Shown: positions 19,251-30,390, counted from the first letter of the stretch. The stretch: DNA of 64,000 bases from Candidatus Hecatella orcuttiae (GCA_002011035.2 MTLY02000003.1:352001-416000); one strand, 5' to 3'. The notes: a model not told the origin generated them from the sequence alone. Numbers and translations: made by a program.

Positions 19251-20194
19251 GGCTTTTCGCCTAGGAATTCCTCCAAGACCGACTGGACGGTGCCTTCCCT
19301 CAGCTTCAGAACGTGGTAGGCTATGTCCTCCAGGCTTTTCAGCCTCAGCCTCCTAAGCCTTTCGAAGCCCCATCCCAAGCATTTCACGGCGGAGATGAGG
19401 CAGGCGGCCACCACCGCCTTGGTCCAGTCTCGGCTCAGCGCGTAGGCTGCCAGAAGGGTGCCGCACCAGGTGTCCCCGGCGCCGGTGGTATCCTTCAACG
19501 TCGCCTTCAACCCGCTGAGGGCGGGAATCATCTGCATCCGTCCCTCCTCCACGAGGATGGCTCCCATCTGGCCTAGGGTCACAGCGAGCCTTTTGGCTTT
19601 GAGGGCTGAGAGGGCGGAGGTGAGGCTGCCTGTTTCAGCCAAGGCTGAGGCCTCTTGGTCGTTGACCACCATGAGGTCTGCCTTTTCAGCCAGCTTCCTC
19701 AGGATTCGCCTATTTTCAGCCTTCCCCAAGTAATCGGGGGAGCTGTGGATGGAAACCCAGGTTTCAGGGCAGAGCTTCCTGATTCTCGCCGCAAATTTCT
19801 CCACCTTCTGAGGCCGCATGGGGGCTAGGTGGACGTAAACGTCCCGGCTGACCCAGTGGGCTGGGAGGTCCGCTACCTTGATGGCTGCTCCAGCCCCCAG
19901 TCTGACCGCGTCGTAGCGGGCTTGAAAGTTTTGGTCGTAGCTGATGTCGAAGGAGGTGGTGGGAGCGTTTACTCTTCTGATGAGGGAGCCGGGAAAGGTA
20001 GAGTGGAGGAAGCTGAGCTGTTTGAAGTCCTTCCCCACCGCGGAGATGAGCTTAACCCTGTCGTAGAGAACCTTAGCGCCCAGCGCCGCGTAGAGGGCAG
20101 CCCCGCCCAGCTGAAGCCTTTCCCCCCACGGATTCCTGACCCGGTCGAGGGAAACATGTCCGATGAAGAGGAGGGTAGGCCCGGCCAAAGGCAA
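19247..20194 (-). CDS. PfkB/ribokinase-family kinase
   Basis: GGAALY, VTLGQMG, DTTGAGD. Confidence 0.88.
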   Translation of the reverse strand: MPLAGPTLLFIGHVSLDRVRNPWGERLQLGGAALYAALGAKVLYDRVKLISAVGKDFKQLSFLHSTFPGSLIRRVNAPTTSFDISYDQNFQARYDAVRLGAGAAIKVADLPAHWVSRDVYVHLAPMRPQKVEKFAARIRKLCPETWVSIHSSPDYLGKAENRRILRKLAEKADLMVVNDQEASALAETGSLTSALSALKAKRLAVTLGQMGAILVEEGRMQMIPALSGLKATLKDTTGAGDTWCGTLLAAYALSRDWTKAVVAACLISAVKCLGWGFERLRRLRLKSLEDIAYHVLKLREGTVQSVLEEFLGEKP

Positions 20195-20298
20195 CCATCA
20201 AAAATAAGACCGCCCCTAAACTTTTAACAGTATCTCCTTCTTGGCGACGGAGGCCGTGAGGCGTTCTATGGCACAGCCATCCATGGCCATGGATTTTT

Positions 20299-20847
20299 TC
20301 AGCCGCCGGTTTTTTCCAGGCCGCTTACCACCAGGTCCAGCTGTTTGAGCCATTCTTCCACCTTGAGGTTGGGGAAGGACCAGGTGGCGTGGGGTTGATA
20401 GAAACGGTCGAGGGAGACGGTCTTAAGGCTGGGGGCGAAATGCTTCAACGCGGAGAGTATGACCCATTCCACATAATAATGGATGCCTCCCACCAAGACC
20501 AGATCGTACCGGCCGGCTCCGTCTAAGCCTTTCCACCCCGGGTCGCAGAGCCGGTTGGCTATGTCCATGGCCGGCATCCAAACAGCGCCTTGGAAGCCTT
20601 TTTTGAGGAATTCTCCCACCGTCTGAGCGGTGGCCACCACCCCCATCTTCCCAGCTTTGGCTATGAGGACCGCGTAGTCGATGAGGCGCCTGTCGCCTAA
20701 GCCGGCTTGGGAGGCTTCGGGGCCTACGATGAGCAGCGGCCTTCTCGCCCTTCTGACCATGGCCACCACCACCTCAGGCTTGGTGATGACTGAAGCCTTC
20801 AAAGGCCCGGGGACTTCTGCCTTCTGCCAGGGTTCCGCTCTCATCAT
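20299..20847 (-). CDS. cdhB: CO dehydrogenase/acetyl-CoA synthase epsilon subunit
   Basis: RARRPLLIVG, DPGWKGLDGAGRYDLV, LKHFAP; directly downstream of cdhA. Confidence 0.93.
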   Translation of the reverse strand: MMRAEPWQKAEVPGPLKASVITKPEVVVAMVRRARRPLLIVGPEASQAGLGDRRLIDYAVLIAKAGKMGVVATAQTVGEFLKKGFQGAVWMPAMDIANRLCDPGWKGLDGAGRYDLVLVGGIHYYVEWVILSALKHFAPSLKTVSLDRFYQPHATWSFPNLKVEEWLKQLDLVVSGLEKTGG

Positions 20848-23211
20848 TTACCGGGCCTCCTTAGGTTTCGCCAGCCTCTCCAGCAGGGTGGGGTCGGGGG
20901 TCTCTCTTTCCCGCCAGCCCTCGGCTTTCAGGATCTCCATGACCTCGTCTCTGAGGGTTATGGGGATGTCCGTCTCCTTCCGGACTAGCAGATGGAGGTC
21001 GTCGGGCATCACCCCGTAATACCGCTTGTGCAAGTCCACGTAGTGGGCCAGCTTTATCGCCCGCCCCTTGGCTGTGTCGTTCGCCCTCATGCAAAGCTTC
21101 ACCAGCATCACCAACGCTTCCTCCTTGGTTTCAGCCGTGAAGAACAAGTGCTCGGGAACAGGGCCCACGTAGACCTTCTCCCCCGTGCGGGCGTCGTAGA
21201 CATACCAGTTGCTTTCCACTTCCTTCCTACCCAAGAGCATGCGCCTGTACTTGGAGCCATGAGGGCCTACGACCACGGGAATCCCCAGCCTCCAGAAGCC
21301 GCTGGCGATGGAGGCCGCCTTCTGGGACATGGCCCCCCAGGCGATGCCCGCGGCGCCCACCCGGTTGTGGATGTAGTCGGCTATCTCCTCGTAGTTGCCC
21401 CTCAGGTTCCGTCTGGCGAAGATGCTGGCTATCTTGATGGCCGCTCCAGCTATGTGGGAATTAGCCACGCAGGAGCCCACGTTGACCAAGCCTCCAGCGT
21501 CGAACACCCCCGGGTAGGCTTCGTAGAGGCTTTGACCGTCCTCGTTCTTGTACATACCGATGGACATGGCGGCGCAGCCGGAGGCGACCACGATGAACCG
21601 GCGTTTCAGAAACTCCTCAGCCATCTCAGCCACCTCCCGCCCTCCACCCGGGTAGTTGGCGCAGCCCACCAAGGCTATGACGCCGGGTATCTCCCCTAAA
21701 ACCAGAGGCCCTCCGACCTTCCGAATTTCCACATCTTGAATGGCGCCTCTTCCAACCCGAACCTTGTAGGCTTCTTCTCTGAGTTTCTCCTCCGAAGCTT
21801 TCACGATGCCGCTGTGGATGGGTATCTCCTGGGGGCAGGCGTCTTCGCAGCGGGCGCAGCCAATGCAGGCGGCGCAAAGGTCAGCCAGCCCGGTGAGAAC
21901 CCCGGAAGCCGCTGCCTTCACAGCCTCAGGGATGGGCAGGTCGTTGGGGCACGCCCGCCGGCATTCCTCGCATTCTGTGCATTTTTTAGCCAACTCCACC
22001 AGTTCATCCTGCCCGGGAAGGGCTCCGAACTTTCTCCTTTTTGGGGCTACCTCTATGGCTGTTCTCACGGCCACCTCTCCCACCTTAGCGGGGTCGAGGA
22101 TTAAGGCGCCCGGGGTCTTCCCTTCCACGAGGTCTTTCACGATTTCGTCGACAGGGTCGCCGGTTCTGTTGGGCAGGCCCGCGCACTGCTTTTCCGTGCT
22201 GGCGATGAAGGGGACCTTAGCCTTCTCCGCCTCGGAGAGGAGGTCGGTGCGGATGCACTGCTCGTCGACCACCGCCACGTCGGGGATGCCGCTTCGGATG
22301 AAGCGAAGCTGCCATGAGATGGGGCCGATGATTTTAGCTTTGGAATTGTACCGAGTGAGGTCGTGGGCGGTGCAGCATATTCCCGCTACTTCCACAGAGC
22401 CTTGGAGGCTGTTCTCAGAGAGATAGTCCATGATGTAGGCGGCGGGGGGCACGTTGTGGCCGACGACGAGGATGACGGGCTTAGAAGTGTCGACGCTTCC
22501 AAAACCTATATTTGCCAAGGGAGCCTCAGGGTCAGCCTTAGGGTAGGGGTAGGCGGAAACCTGAGCTATGTCAGCCACCTCCATAGCCACTTGGTCGACC
22601 ATCCCTGCGTGGAAGACCTTGGACTCGAAGTCCAGCGCGTCGCCTTCTTGACCTGTGTGGGTGGCGGAGAGCAAGTGGGTTATCTGGGATTCAACATAGT
22701 CCAAAGCTTCATCCAAATCCCCTAAGGTTTTAGGCTTGATCCCGCAGACCAGCCGGAGAATGGGCGCCTCCACTTCCACCTCTCCGGTTCCCACTTGGAT
22801 GGGATGGTCTCTCCCGTAGATTTTTGAAAGATGCTCCACCAAATGTCGGGCGTGGCTTGCATGGGTGGCCGCTCCCATGCAGCAGGCCAGCAGGACGATT
22901 CTAGACTGCTGAGCCGCCAGGTTCAGCCCGCAGGCGCCTTTCTTTCCCCGGGTTAGGTCGCATTTTCCCATGGTGCAAAGGCAGCAGAGGTCGCAGTAGG
23001 GCAGGTAGAAGGGCCTGTAGCGGCTCAGAAGCTTAAGGTCCCAATCTCGAAGGTCGACGGCGGAGGGAAAAGGGGTGGGGCCTTGAGGTTCCTCCCAAGG
23101 CTCTGTTATGGTTTTGCCTAAGACCAGTTCCAGGTCTCTGAAGACTCCTAGACCTGTCTTCAGCTCTTTAACCTTTAAGTGCAAGCTTTTCTTCATATTT
23201 TCCTTCACCAT
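20848..23211 (-). CDS. cdhA: CO dehydrogenase/acetyl-CoA synthase alpha subunit
   Basis: GPTPFP, CDLCCLCTMGKCDL, GICCT, two ferredoxin CxxCxxCxxxC motifs, GSCVAN, SQKA; alternative start ATG 23196. Confidence 0.97.
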   Translation of the reverse strand: MVKENMKKSLHLKVKELKTGLGVFRDLELVLGKTITEPWEEPQGPTPFPSAVDLRDWDLKLLSRYRPFYLPYCDLCCLCTMGKCDLTRGKKGACGLNLAAQQSRIVLLACCMGAATHASHARHLVEHLSKIYGRDHPIQVGTGEVEVEAPILRLVCGIKPKTLGDLDEALDYVESQITHLLSATHTGQEGDALDFESKVFHAGMVDQVAMEVADIAQVSAYPYPKADPEAPLANIGFGSVDTSKPVILVVGHNVPPAAYIMDYLSENSLQGSVEVAGICCTAHDLTRYNSKAKIIGPISWQLRFIRSGIPDVAVVDEQCIRTDLLSEAEKAKVPFIASTEKQCAGLPNRTGDPVDEIVKDLVEGKTPGALILDPAKVGEVAVRTAIEVAPKRRKFGALPGQDELVELAKKCTECEECRRACPNDLPIPEAVKAAASGVLTGLADLCAACIGCARCEDACPQEIPIHSGIVKASEEKLREEAYKVRVGRGAIQDVEIRKVGGPLVLGEIPGVIALVGCANYPGGGREVAEMAEEFLKRRFIVVASGCAAMSIGMYKNEDGQSLYEAYPGVFDAGGLVNVGSCVANSHIAGAAIKIASIFARRNLRGNYEEIADYIHNRVGAAGIAWGAMSQKAASIASGFWRLGIPVVVGPHGSKYRRMLLGRKEVESNWYVYDARTGEKVYVGPVPEHLFFTAETKEEALVMLVKLCMRANDTAKGRAIKLAHYVDLHKRYYGVMPDDLHLLVRKETDIPITLRDEVMEILKAEGWRERETPDPTLLERLAKPKEAR

Positions 23212-23279
23212 GTACTGATGAAAATATACAAAGGGAAAAAAGTCTTTAGGCTATATATGCCTACTGGCTCAGACCCCCC

Positions 23280-23921
23280 CTAAAGCACTAAACCGGCGAA
23301 GTAGAGGATCAGGGCTATCAGAACCCCCGCCGAAAGCATTTTGACTCCTTGAACAAAGATGTTCTCCTTGGAGATCTTCCCCAGAAACATACCTAAGGCG
23401 AAGAGGACGGCTAAGGCTGTGCCTAGCGAGAGAAAAACAGCGAATTGGAAACCGAGCAGACCTAACTTTACCAAGAAAAAGGGAGTAATGGCCGCCAAGG
23501 CTACAGCCACTGGAGAAATCCCGTTCACAAAAGCCAGCCAGACGGTCGCAACCCGGGAGGCTCTGCCCCACAAAGAGTTTTTAAGGTCTGTGAAGAGGGC
23601 GCTCTCCAGCTCTTTGAGAGCCTTGCTTCTTTCAGCCTTCTCCGCCATGTAGGCGCCCCAAACTCCGGAGAGGCTCATGGCCAAGCCGGCTCCTAGGCCG
23701 GCGCTGATGACGATGTGGGGGTCGGTGACCCCGGCCACATAGGTGCCCAGCACCACCCCCAGCACTATTAGGGCTCCGTCGAAGGCGTTCAACACGAAGT
23801 ATCTTCGAGCAATCTCCCCCACTTTAGCCATCTGGAAATATTGCTTAAAGTTCCCGGAAAAATTCCTCAAAGCCTTAAGCTTCTGACGGATGGATAACAT
23901 CTTCCCCAGAAGACGCCCCAA
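23280..23921 (-). CDS. VIT1/CCC1-family metal transporter
   Basis: RYFVLNAFDG, AMSLSGVWGAYMAEKAE; about 5 TM segments. Confidence 0.8.
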   Translation of the reverse strand: MGRLLGKMLSIRQKLKALRNFSGNFKQYFQMAKVGEIARRYFVLNAFDGALIVLGVVLGTYVAGVTDPHIVISAGLGAGLAMSLSGVWGAYMAEKAERSKALKELESALFTDLKNSLWGRASRVATVWLAFVNGISPVAVALAAITPFFLVKLGLLGFQFAVFLSLGTALAVLFALGMFLGKISKENIFVQGVKMLSAGVLIALILYFAGLVL

Positions 23922-24022
23922 TACATAAAAATAGCAAAGATATTAATTAACCTTCGAACATTTGCAGCTAAAACCGGCGTCCCAACCGGGATCCCAGCGA
24001 AATAAGCAGATGGGAGAATTGT

Positions 24023-24379
24023 TCAAGTCTTTTGAGTCTGCGGCTTCGGCTGGCAGGGAATGCAAATGGGAGCCTGGCTTCTAACCCTCAGCCAGTCTGT
24101 TTTGGGGCACTGGTATAGGTCTGGTTCTATTTCTTCCGCCTCCGGGCATGGTTTACCCACCGGAAGCTTGAAGGTTGACTCTTTTTCCTTCATCTTCCCA
24201 GCCATTCTCGCTCTGCTTTCAATGTACTGCTTGAGTTTCGGTAGCTCAGTCTCAGGGATAACCCAATGCCCCGTGCTGTTCTTAGACCCTTTGATGACTC
24301 CCTTGGACACCAGCTCCGTAACTCTTTCAGTGCGCACCTTCAGGATATCGGCCAGCTGGGAAGTAGTATAATACTGCAC
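24023..24379 (-). CDS. Excisionase/MerR-like HTH protein with Cys-rich tail
   Basis: YYTTSQLADILKV...IKGSK..GHWVIP; four C-terminal Cys. Confidence 0.7.
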   Translation of the reverse strand: MQYYTTSQLADILKVRTERVTELVSKGVIKGSKNSTGHWVIPETELPKLKQYIESRARMAGKMKEKESTFKLPVGKPCPEAEEIEPDLYQCPKTDWLRVRSQAPICIPCQPKPQTQKT

Positions 24380-24521
24380 GTCCGGAAACCTCGAAATCTT
24401 TTGTAAAAGAAAAAGCAGCCGCCTTATTAAAATTAACCCGCCACGCCGGCGATAAAAAATCCTACCAGCCGGTTAAGAAGCCGTTAACACTATTCAGGGG
24501 GGAAATCCCCCATCTCATGCT

Positions 24522-24562
24522 AAAAAAATAAACCGGCGGGGAACACCGCTTTCTCCCGGTTT
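24522..24562 (-). terminator. Hairpin + T-tract after sor
   Basis: AACCGG...CCGGTT stem followed on minus strand by TATTTTTTT. Confidence 0.4.
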
Positions 24563-24577
24563 CCCCTTCGACAGCGG

Positions 24578-24961
24578 TTATTCTACCTTTATTTCTTTGG
24601 TCCCTTCCCACGTGCCGTGAAGGTTGCACCGTTCGAAGGCTCTCAGCGGGTGGGCGTGGGTTAGGCTGATGGGGATGGTTATTTTTGGAGCTGTTCTTTC
24701 GGGGATCAGGTCAACTCTGGTGAGGAAGGTGTCCCCCGCGTAGAGTTCTATAAATTCGATGTAGTGGCCGGCTTCGTTGGGATGCTTCATGAGTTTCCCT
24801 ACTTCGACGGTTACGTTGAACATTTCCCCCTTCTTGACCACATCCGGAGCCTCGATTACCGGGGTATGCTTCTTTTCCAAGTCTGTCATCTGAGCTGGGT
24901 TTTTAGGCTTGTTGACTCCGCAGAAGAGGTCTCCTTCGCAGGATTTATCTTCTTTCAACAA
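24578..24961 (-). CDS. sor: Superoxide reductase (1Fe, neelaredoxin-type)
   Basis: EKKHTP, HPNEAGHYI, CNLHG iron ligands. Confidence 0.9.
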   Translation of the reverse strand: MLKEDKSCEGDLFCGVNKPKNPAQMTDLEKKHTPVIEAPDVVKKGEMFNVTVEVGKLMKHPNEAGHYIEFIELYAGDTFLTRVDLIPERTAPKITIPISLTHAHPLRAFERCNLHGTWEGTKEIKVE

Positions 24962-25098
24962 AATTCCTCCTTTACTTTTAGAAAATCGTCCGCCAGTAGA
25001 TAAAGCTTTATCCGGTGTGGGGTGTTGAATCCTTCAGGCCAAGGCAACCTATTTATAACAATCCGACCCTAATATTAGTTCTTAAAAAGGGGATTTGT

Positions 25099-25596
25099 AT
25101 GGGTAAAACTTCAAGGGTCATAGCGGATTTAGACGTCGACGCCCTCATCGAGGAGTTGAACAGGGCTATAGCCGACGAATGGCTGGCCATCGCTCAGTAC
25201 TGGTACGGTTCCCTAGCGCCTGAGCAGACCATGAACCCCGTGGTGAAGGAAGCCATCAAGAAAGCCTTGGACGACGAACGGGAGCACGTCAACGAGCTGG
25301 CGGAGAGGATACTGGAGCTGGGGGGAACCCCCCTGAAGAACCCGGACCAGTGGAACCAGCTGGCCCACTGCAAATATCTGGAACCTCCCAACAAGCTCAC
25401 CGACTTGAGGAAGTTTCTCCAAGATGCCTTAAAGGGGGAAGAATGCGCCATGAAGGCCTACAACGAAATCGCCAAGCTGACCTTCGGCAAAGACCACATC
25501 ACCTACCAGCTCATCGTGCACATCCTCAGCGAAGAAGCTGAGCATGAGGAAATGTTCGAAGACATGCTGGAAAACCTACCCTGCGACTTCAAATAA
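25099..25596 (+). CDS. DPS-like (DPSL/thioferritin) ferritin-fold protein
   Basis: ADEWLA, EREH, ERILELGG, EECA, EEAEHE di-iron motifs with a Cys pair. Confidence 0.85.
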   Translation: MGKTSRVIADLDVDALIEELNRAIADEWLAIAQYWYGSLAPEQTMNPVVKEAIKKALDDEREHVNELAERILELGGTPLKNPDQWNQLAHCKYLEPPNKLTDLRKFLQDALKGEECAMKAYNEIAKLTFGKDHITYQLIVHILSEEAEHEEMFEDMLENLPCDFK

Positions 25597-25649
25597 GCCA
25601 ACTTTTTTTTTTGAAGACGGCGGAAGTCCACCGCTAGGAGGTGAAGGCT

Positions 25650-25955
25650 ATGGGTGAAGAAACCACCCACGAGAAGGTCTTGGAGGCCATGGCCAAGCTG
25701 AGCCCCGAGGAATTGAAGGCGAAAATGGAGGAAAGCCGGAAGATGTGCGAAAGCTTCTGCGGCGAATGCCCCACCTACACCGGTACGGGGGAGAAGGAAC
25801 TGCTGTTCTGCATCCTAGGCCGAAGCAGTGTGATAAAAGAGCAGAAGGGTTGCCTCTGCACAGCGGGATGCCCTGTTCAGAAGAACATGGGCCTCCGATG
25901 GGACTACTACTGCATCCGCGGCTCAGGCAAAGAGCAGATGGCTAAAGAAAAATAA
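25650..25955 (+). CDS. Cys-rich DUF2769-like protein
   Basis: CGECPTY, LFC, GCLC..GCPV, YYCIRG; SD GGAGGTG. Confidence 0.75.
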   Translation: MGEETTHEKVLEAMAKLSPEELKAKMEESRKMCESFCGECPTYTGTGEKELLFCILGRSSVIKEQKGCLCTAGCPVQKNMGLRWDYYCIRGSGKEQMAKEK

Positions 25956-25995
25956 GTCAGAATTTTTTCGTATCCGCTCCTCCAGTTCGGAGGTC

Positions 25996-26826
25996 TTACC
26001 TGCTGGGGTTCAGCGCCTCGTCCATGCTTCCCGTCCTGTAGCCTGTTAGGTCTAAGGCCACATAACGGTAGCCCAGCTTCCTTAAGCCTTCCGCCACCCT
26101 GTCCATGAGGGCTTCGTCGAAGAAGAGGCGCCTCTCCTCTTTTCCAACCTCGATGCGAGCTATGCCTTGGTGGTCTCGAACCCTCAGCTGCTTGACTCCC
26201 ACGGTTTTTTTGATGAAAACTTCAGCCTCCGCCACTCTCCTGAGGCCTTCGGCTGTAATCCTCTCCCCGTAGGGAAACCTGGAAGAAAGACAGGCCATCG
26301 ACGGTTTTCCCGCGGTGGGCAGCCTGAGCATTTCAGCCAGCAGATAGACTTCCCTCTTGGTGATGCCTGCCTCGGCTAAAGGGCTGCGTACGCCTTCCTC
26401 CCGGAGGGCCAGCGCCCCAGGCCTGTGCCCTTGAAGGTCCTCAGCGTTGGTGCCGTCCACCACGGCGTCGAGGCCTTCCTCCCGGGCGATTTTTTTCAGG
26501 GCCTCTAGGAGCTGCTTTTTGCAGTAGTAGCAGCGGTTGGGAGGGTTGGCTGCGAAGCGGGGGTCGTCCAGCTCGTCGACCTTCACCACCCTGTGCCTGA
26601 TGCCCAAGGCCTCCGCCACCTTTCGGGCTTCCTCTAACTCACCCGGGGGAAGAGTTGAGGAGTCAGCGGTCACGGCCAGCACCCTGTCGCCCAAGGCTTT
26701 CTTAGCTGTAGCGGCCACGAGGGAGCTGTCCACACCGCCTGAGAAAGCGACCACCACCCCCTTTAAAGCTTGGAGGTTTTTGAGCATTCCTTCGAATTTT
26801 TCTTCCAGCTGCCGGCTTTCCTCCAT
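25996..26826 (-). CDS. larE: ATP-dependent sulfur transferase LarE
   Basis: PP-loop SGGVDS, RCYYCK, DGTN, ACLSSRFPYG. Confidence 0.92.
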   Translation of the reverse strand: MEESRQLEEKFEGMLKNLQALKGVVVAFSGGVDSSLVAATAKKALGDRVLAVTADSSTLPPGELEEARKVAEALGIRHRVVKVDELDDPRFAANPPNRCYYCKKQLLEALKKIAREEGLDAVVDGTNAEDLQGHRPGALALREEGVRSPLAEAGITKREVYLLAEMLRLPTAGKPSMACLSSRFPYGERITAEGLRRVAEAEVFIKKTVGVKQLRVRDHQGIARIEVGKEERRLFFDEALMDRVAEGLRKLGYRYVALDLTGYRTGSMDEALNPSR

Positions 26827-26899
26827 GGCCCTTACCTTCGCAGCCGCCTGAGCATAGGTTAGAGGGGGTGTTGGCGGTTTAAAAACTAGGCCGAGCCTT

Positions 26900-27838
<939 letters not shown>

Positions 27839-27873
27839 CTATGCCGCGGGGACATACATTTATTAATTGATCG

Positions 27874-28374
27874 GTGGAGTCTATTTTAGCTTTGGAGTCC
27901 GTGTCCGCAGTGGTCAGCGAGGAGCTTCGGGTGGAAAAAATCAGGGACGGAACGGTCATCGACCACATCGACGCGGGAACCGCCTTGGCGGTGCTGAGGA
28001 TTCTGGGCATCACAGGCCGGGAGGGCTACGTGGTAAGCCTTCTGATGAATGTCTCCAGCAAGAAACTGGGAAAGAAGGACATGGTGAAGGTGGAAGGCCG
28101 GGAGCTCAGCCCCACCGAAGTCCAAGAGATAGCCTTGGTCGCGCCTAACGCCACCATCAACATCATCAGAAACTTCAAAGTCCTGAGGAAGGAGAGGGTC
28201 AAGCCGCCTGACCTTGTCAAGGATTTGCTGAAATGCCCCAACCCTGCCTGCGTCACCAACAGCCCGGAGCCCGTTAAGGCCGTGTTCCACGTGGAGGTCT
28301 CCGACGGCGTCACCCTACGGTGCTACCACTGCGGCATCCTCATGGAAAAGGAGGACATCCTCAAACAGTTCTAA
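27874..28374 (+). CDS. pyrI: Aspartate carbamoyltransferase regulatory subunit
   Basis: GTVIDHI, KKDMVKVE, CPNPAC, RCYHC; start may be GTG near 27910. Confidence 0.95.
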   Translation: MESILALESVSAVVSEELRVEKIRDGTVIDHIDAGTALAVLRILGITGREGYVVSLLMNVSSKKLGKKDMVKVEGRELSPTEVQEIALVAPNATINIIRNFKVLRKERVKPPDLVKDLLKCPNPACVTNSPEPVKAVFHVEVSDGVTLRCYHCGILMEKEDILKQF

Positions 28375-28393
28375 GCGGAGGGAGCAACGGGAA

Positions 28394-28711
28394 GTGGCAA
28401 AAATAGCCGTGGTAGCCGACCCCGACGTGGCCTCCTACTTCAGGGTCACTGGAGTCAAAAAAGCCTACGGCGTCAAAACAGCCAAGGAGGCCGCGGAGGC
28501 CCTCAGGAAGCTGGCTGGGGAGAAGGAGGTAGCCGTCATCATCGTCACCGAAAAAATCGCCGAAGAAATAAAACCCGTCATCGAAGAGGTGGGCAAGAGG
28601 GTTTACCCCACGGTGATAACCATCCCCGGAAAAGAAGGCCCCATCCCCGGGAAGGTTCCCTCAGTCATGGACTTGGTCAAAAGAACCGTAGGAGTAGAAA
28701 TAAAACTCTAA
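28394..28711 (+). CDS. atpF: A/V-type ATP synthase subunit F
   Basis: KIAVVADPD..SYFRVTGV, VIIVTEKIAE, LVKRTVGVEI. Confidence 0.85.
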   Translation: MAKIAVVADPDVASYFRVTGVKKAYGVKTAKEAAEALRKLAGEKEVAVIIVTEKIAEEIKPVIEEVGKRVYPTVITIPGKEGPIPGKVPSVMDLVKRTVGVEIKL

Positions 28712-29070
28712 CCGATCCGAGACAACTCTTCCTTGGTTTTTTGGATGTAGCGCTGGTAGAGGTTGGTTTTGCTGTAGCATTTTTTGCAGAGGCAGTAGGT
28801 GGGAATGTCCCGGCTGGGACAGGTGGCTGCGTACTCGCAGACACCGCAGGGGAAAACAGCGCCGCAGAGGTAGCAGGTCTGAGCGAACTCCACCTCCTCC
28901 CCCAGCAGCGGAACGAGCAAAGCCTTGATCCTATCGAAGTTTTCCAAGTCTTCAATGTAGAAAGTCCGGGTTGCCCGGTCGTAGCCTAGGCCGGCTCTCA
29001 TCAACTCAATGAACTTGTCCTTCCCCATGAAGGCCAGTTTAATGCCTGTTCGGGTTATCCTCTTCACCAT
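28708..29070 (-). CDS. Hypothetical Cys-rich (Zn-finger-like) protein
   Basis: CYLC, CGVC, CLCKKC. Confidence 0.65.
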   Translation of the reverse strand: MVKRITRTGIKLAFMGKDKFIELMRAGLGYDRATRTFYIEDLENFDRIKALLVPLLGEEVEFAQTCYLCGAVFPCGVCEYAATCPSRDIPTYCLCKKCYSKTNLYQRYIQKTKEELSRIG

Positions 29071-29083
29071 CGACGCTTCCCCC

Positions 29084-30373
29084 TCACCGCCGGGCTCCCC
29101 GCCTCCCAGCAGGTTTCCTCCCCCTAGCCGGCGCGGAGCTGGGCTTAGCGGCTTCCCCCTTCAAGTAGGCCACAGCAGCCTCGTCGAGGCCCAGCCAGGA
29201 AGCCAGCTGAGCGGCGGCGGCTTCTTTGCTGTGCTGGAACATCACCCTCAGGTAGGGGAGGAAGTCAGCGGCGGCCCTCCGGCGGGAAACATGGCACTTC
29301 ACTCCTATCTTGGCGCTTATTTCCTTGATAAGCTCCCTCTGAGCCTTGGTCCTGCCGAGGATGAGAATCCGGCTGGGGGGAAACCGGTAGCCGGCTGGGG
29401 TGTATTTTCCCCTCCGCGCAGCGGCGACGCCCATGCTCATCTGCTCCAGCGCGTAGCTGAGAAGCCCCCAGTTTTGAGTCCGCTTAACCCTGCCGAAGAA
29501 GACGTCGGCGCGGGACAGCGCATCGTAGCCGGCTGCCAGGTCTTCAGGGTCGGTGAACTGGTAGGGGAGGTTCTCATGCACCGAGAGGTGGAGGAGGTCG
29601 CGGTCCACCTCCGCCTCCGCCTGAGCTCTTTTAGCGTAGAGGGGGTTGTTGGTCAGGAAGATTTCCCCCAAAACCTCTTGAACGGAGAGCTGCCGGTCTC
29701 TGGCGGTCAGCTTCTCCACGTCGACAGCCCGGAGGCTTCGGGTTTTCTCCGCCAAGGCTTGAAGGTCGTTGACAGCCGACCGAACGTCCCCCCGGCTTCG
29801 GGCTGCGATGAGCTTGAGGGCTTCCTCCTCCGCCTCCAAACCCTCCCTCCGGCAGATTTCCTCCAGCCAAGCCACCATGACCGGAGGCCTGACCTTTTGA
29901 AACCTGATGGTGAGGCAGGCGTTCTTCAGCTCCCTCAGCCGCATGTCCGAAATGTCATTGGCCGTCAGGGCGACGGGAACCTTTGACTCCTCCAGCAGTT
30001 TGAGGATCGCCCCCAAGCCCCCTTGGTCTTCGCGGCCGTAGATGCCGTCCACCTCGTCCAGCAGGATGAGGACGCCCTTGGAGTCTGAGAAAAACTGGAA
30101 GATGGAGGACTCCGACGCCGCATGGCCTGCGGTGCGCATGATCTTCTCCGCTGTTCTAGCGTCGCTGGCGTTCATCTCAATTAGGTCGTAGGCAGCTGCC
30201 TTGGCCGCCGCGTGGACGAGGGCGGTCTTCCCCACTCCTGGAGGCCCGTGGAGGAGAGCCGCCTTACCTCCCGGCTTCCATTTTTTCAGCCAAGACAGAA
30301 ATTTGAGTTTAGCCTCCTCGTTGCCCACGACCTCCTCGGGGGTTTGAGGCCGGTGTTTCTCCACCCACATCAT
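29084..30373 (-). CDS. rfcL: Replication factor C large subunit
   Basis: WVEKHRP, GPPGVGKT, EMNASD, LLDEVD; start reset to ATG 30373. Confidence 0.93.
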   Translation of the reverse strand: MMWVEKHRPQTPEEVVGNEEAKLKFLSWLKKWKPGGKAALLHGPPGVGKTALVHAAAKAAAYDLIEMNASDARTAEKIMRTAGHAASESSIFQFFSDSKGVLILLDEVDGIYGREDQGGLGAILKLLEESKVPVALTANDISDMRLRELKNACLTIRFQKVRPPVMVAWLEEICRREGLEAEEEALKLIAARSRGDVRSAVNDLQALAEKTRSLRAVDVEKLTARDRQLSVQEVLGEIFLTNNPLYAKRAQAEAEVDRDLLHLSVHENLPYQFTDPEDLAAGYDALSRADVFFGRVKRTQNWGLLSYALEQMSMGVAAARRGKYTPAGYRFPPSRILILGRTKAQRELIKEISAKIGVKCHVSRRRAAADFLPYLRVMFQHSKEAAAAQLASWLGLDEAAVAYLKGEAAKPSSAPARGRKPAGRRGARR

Positions 30374-30390
30374 CTGAGGCTCGGCGGGCT

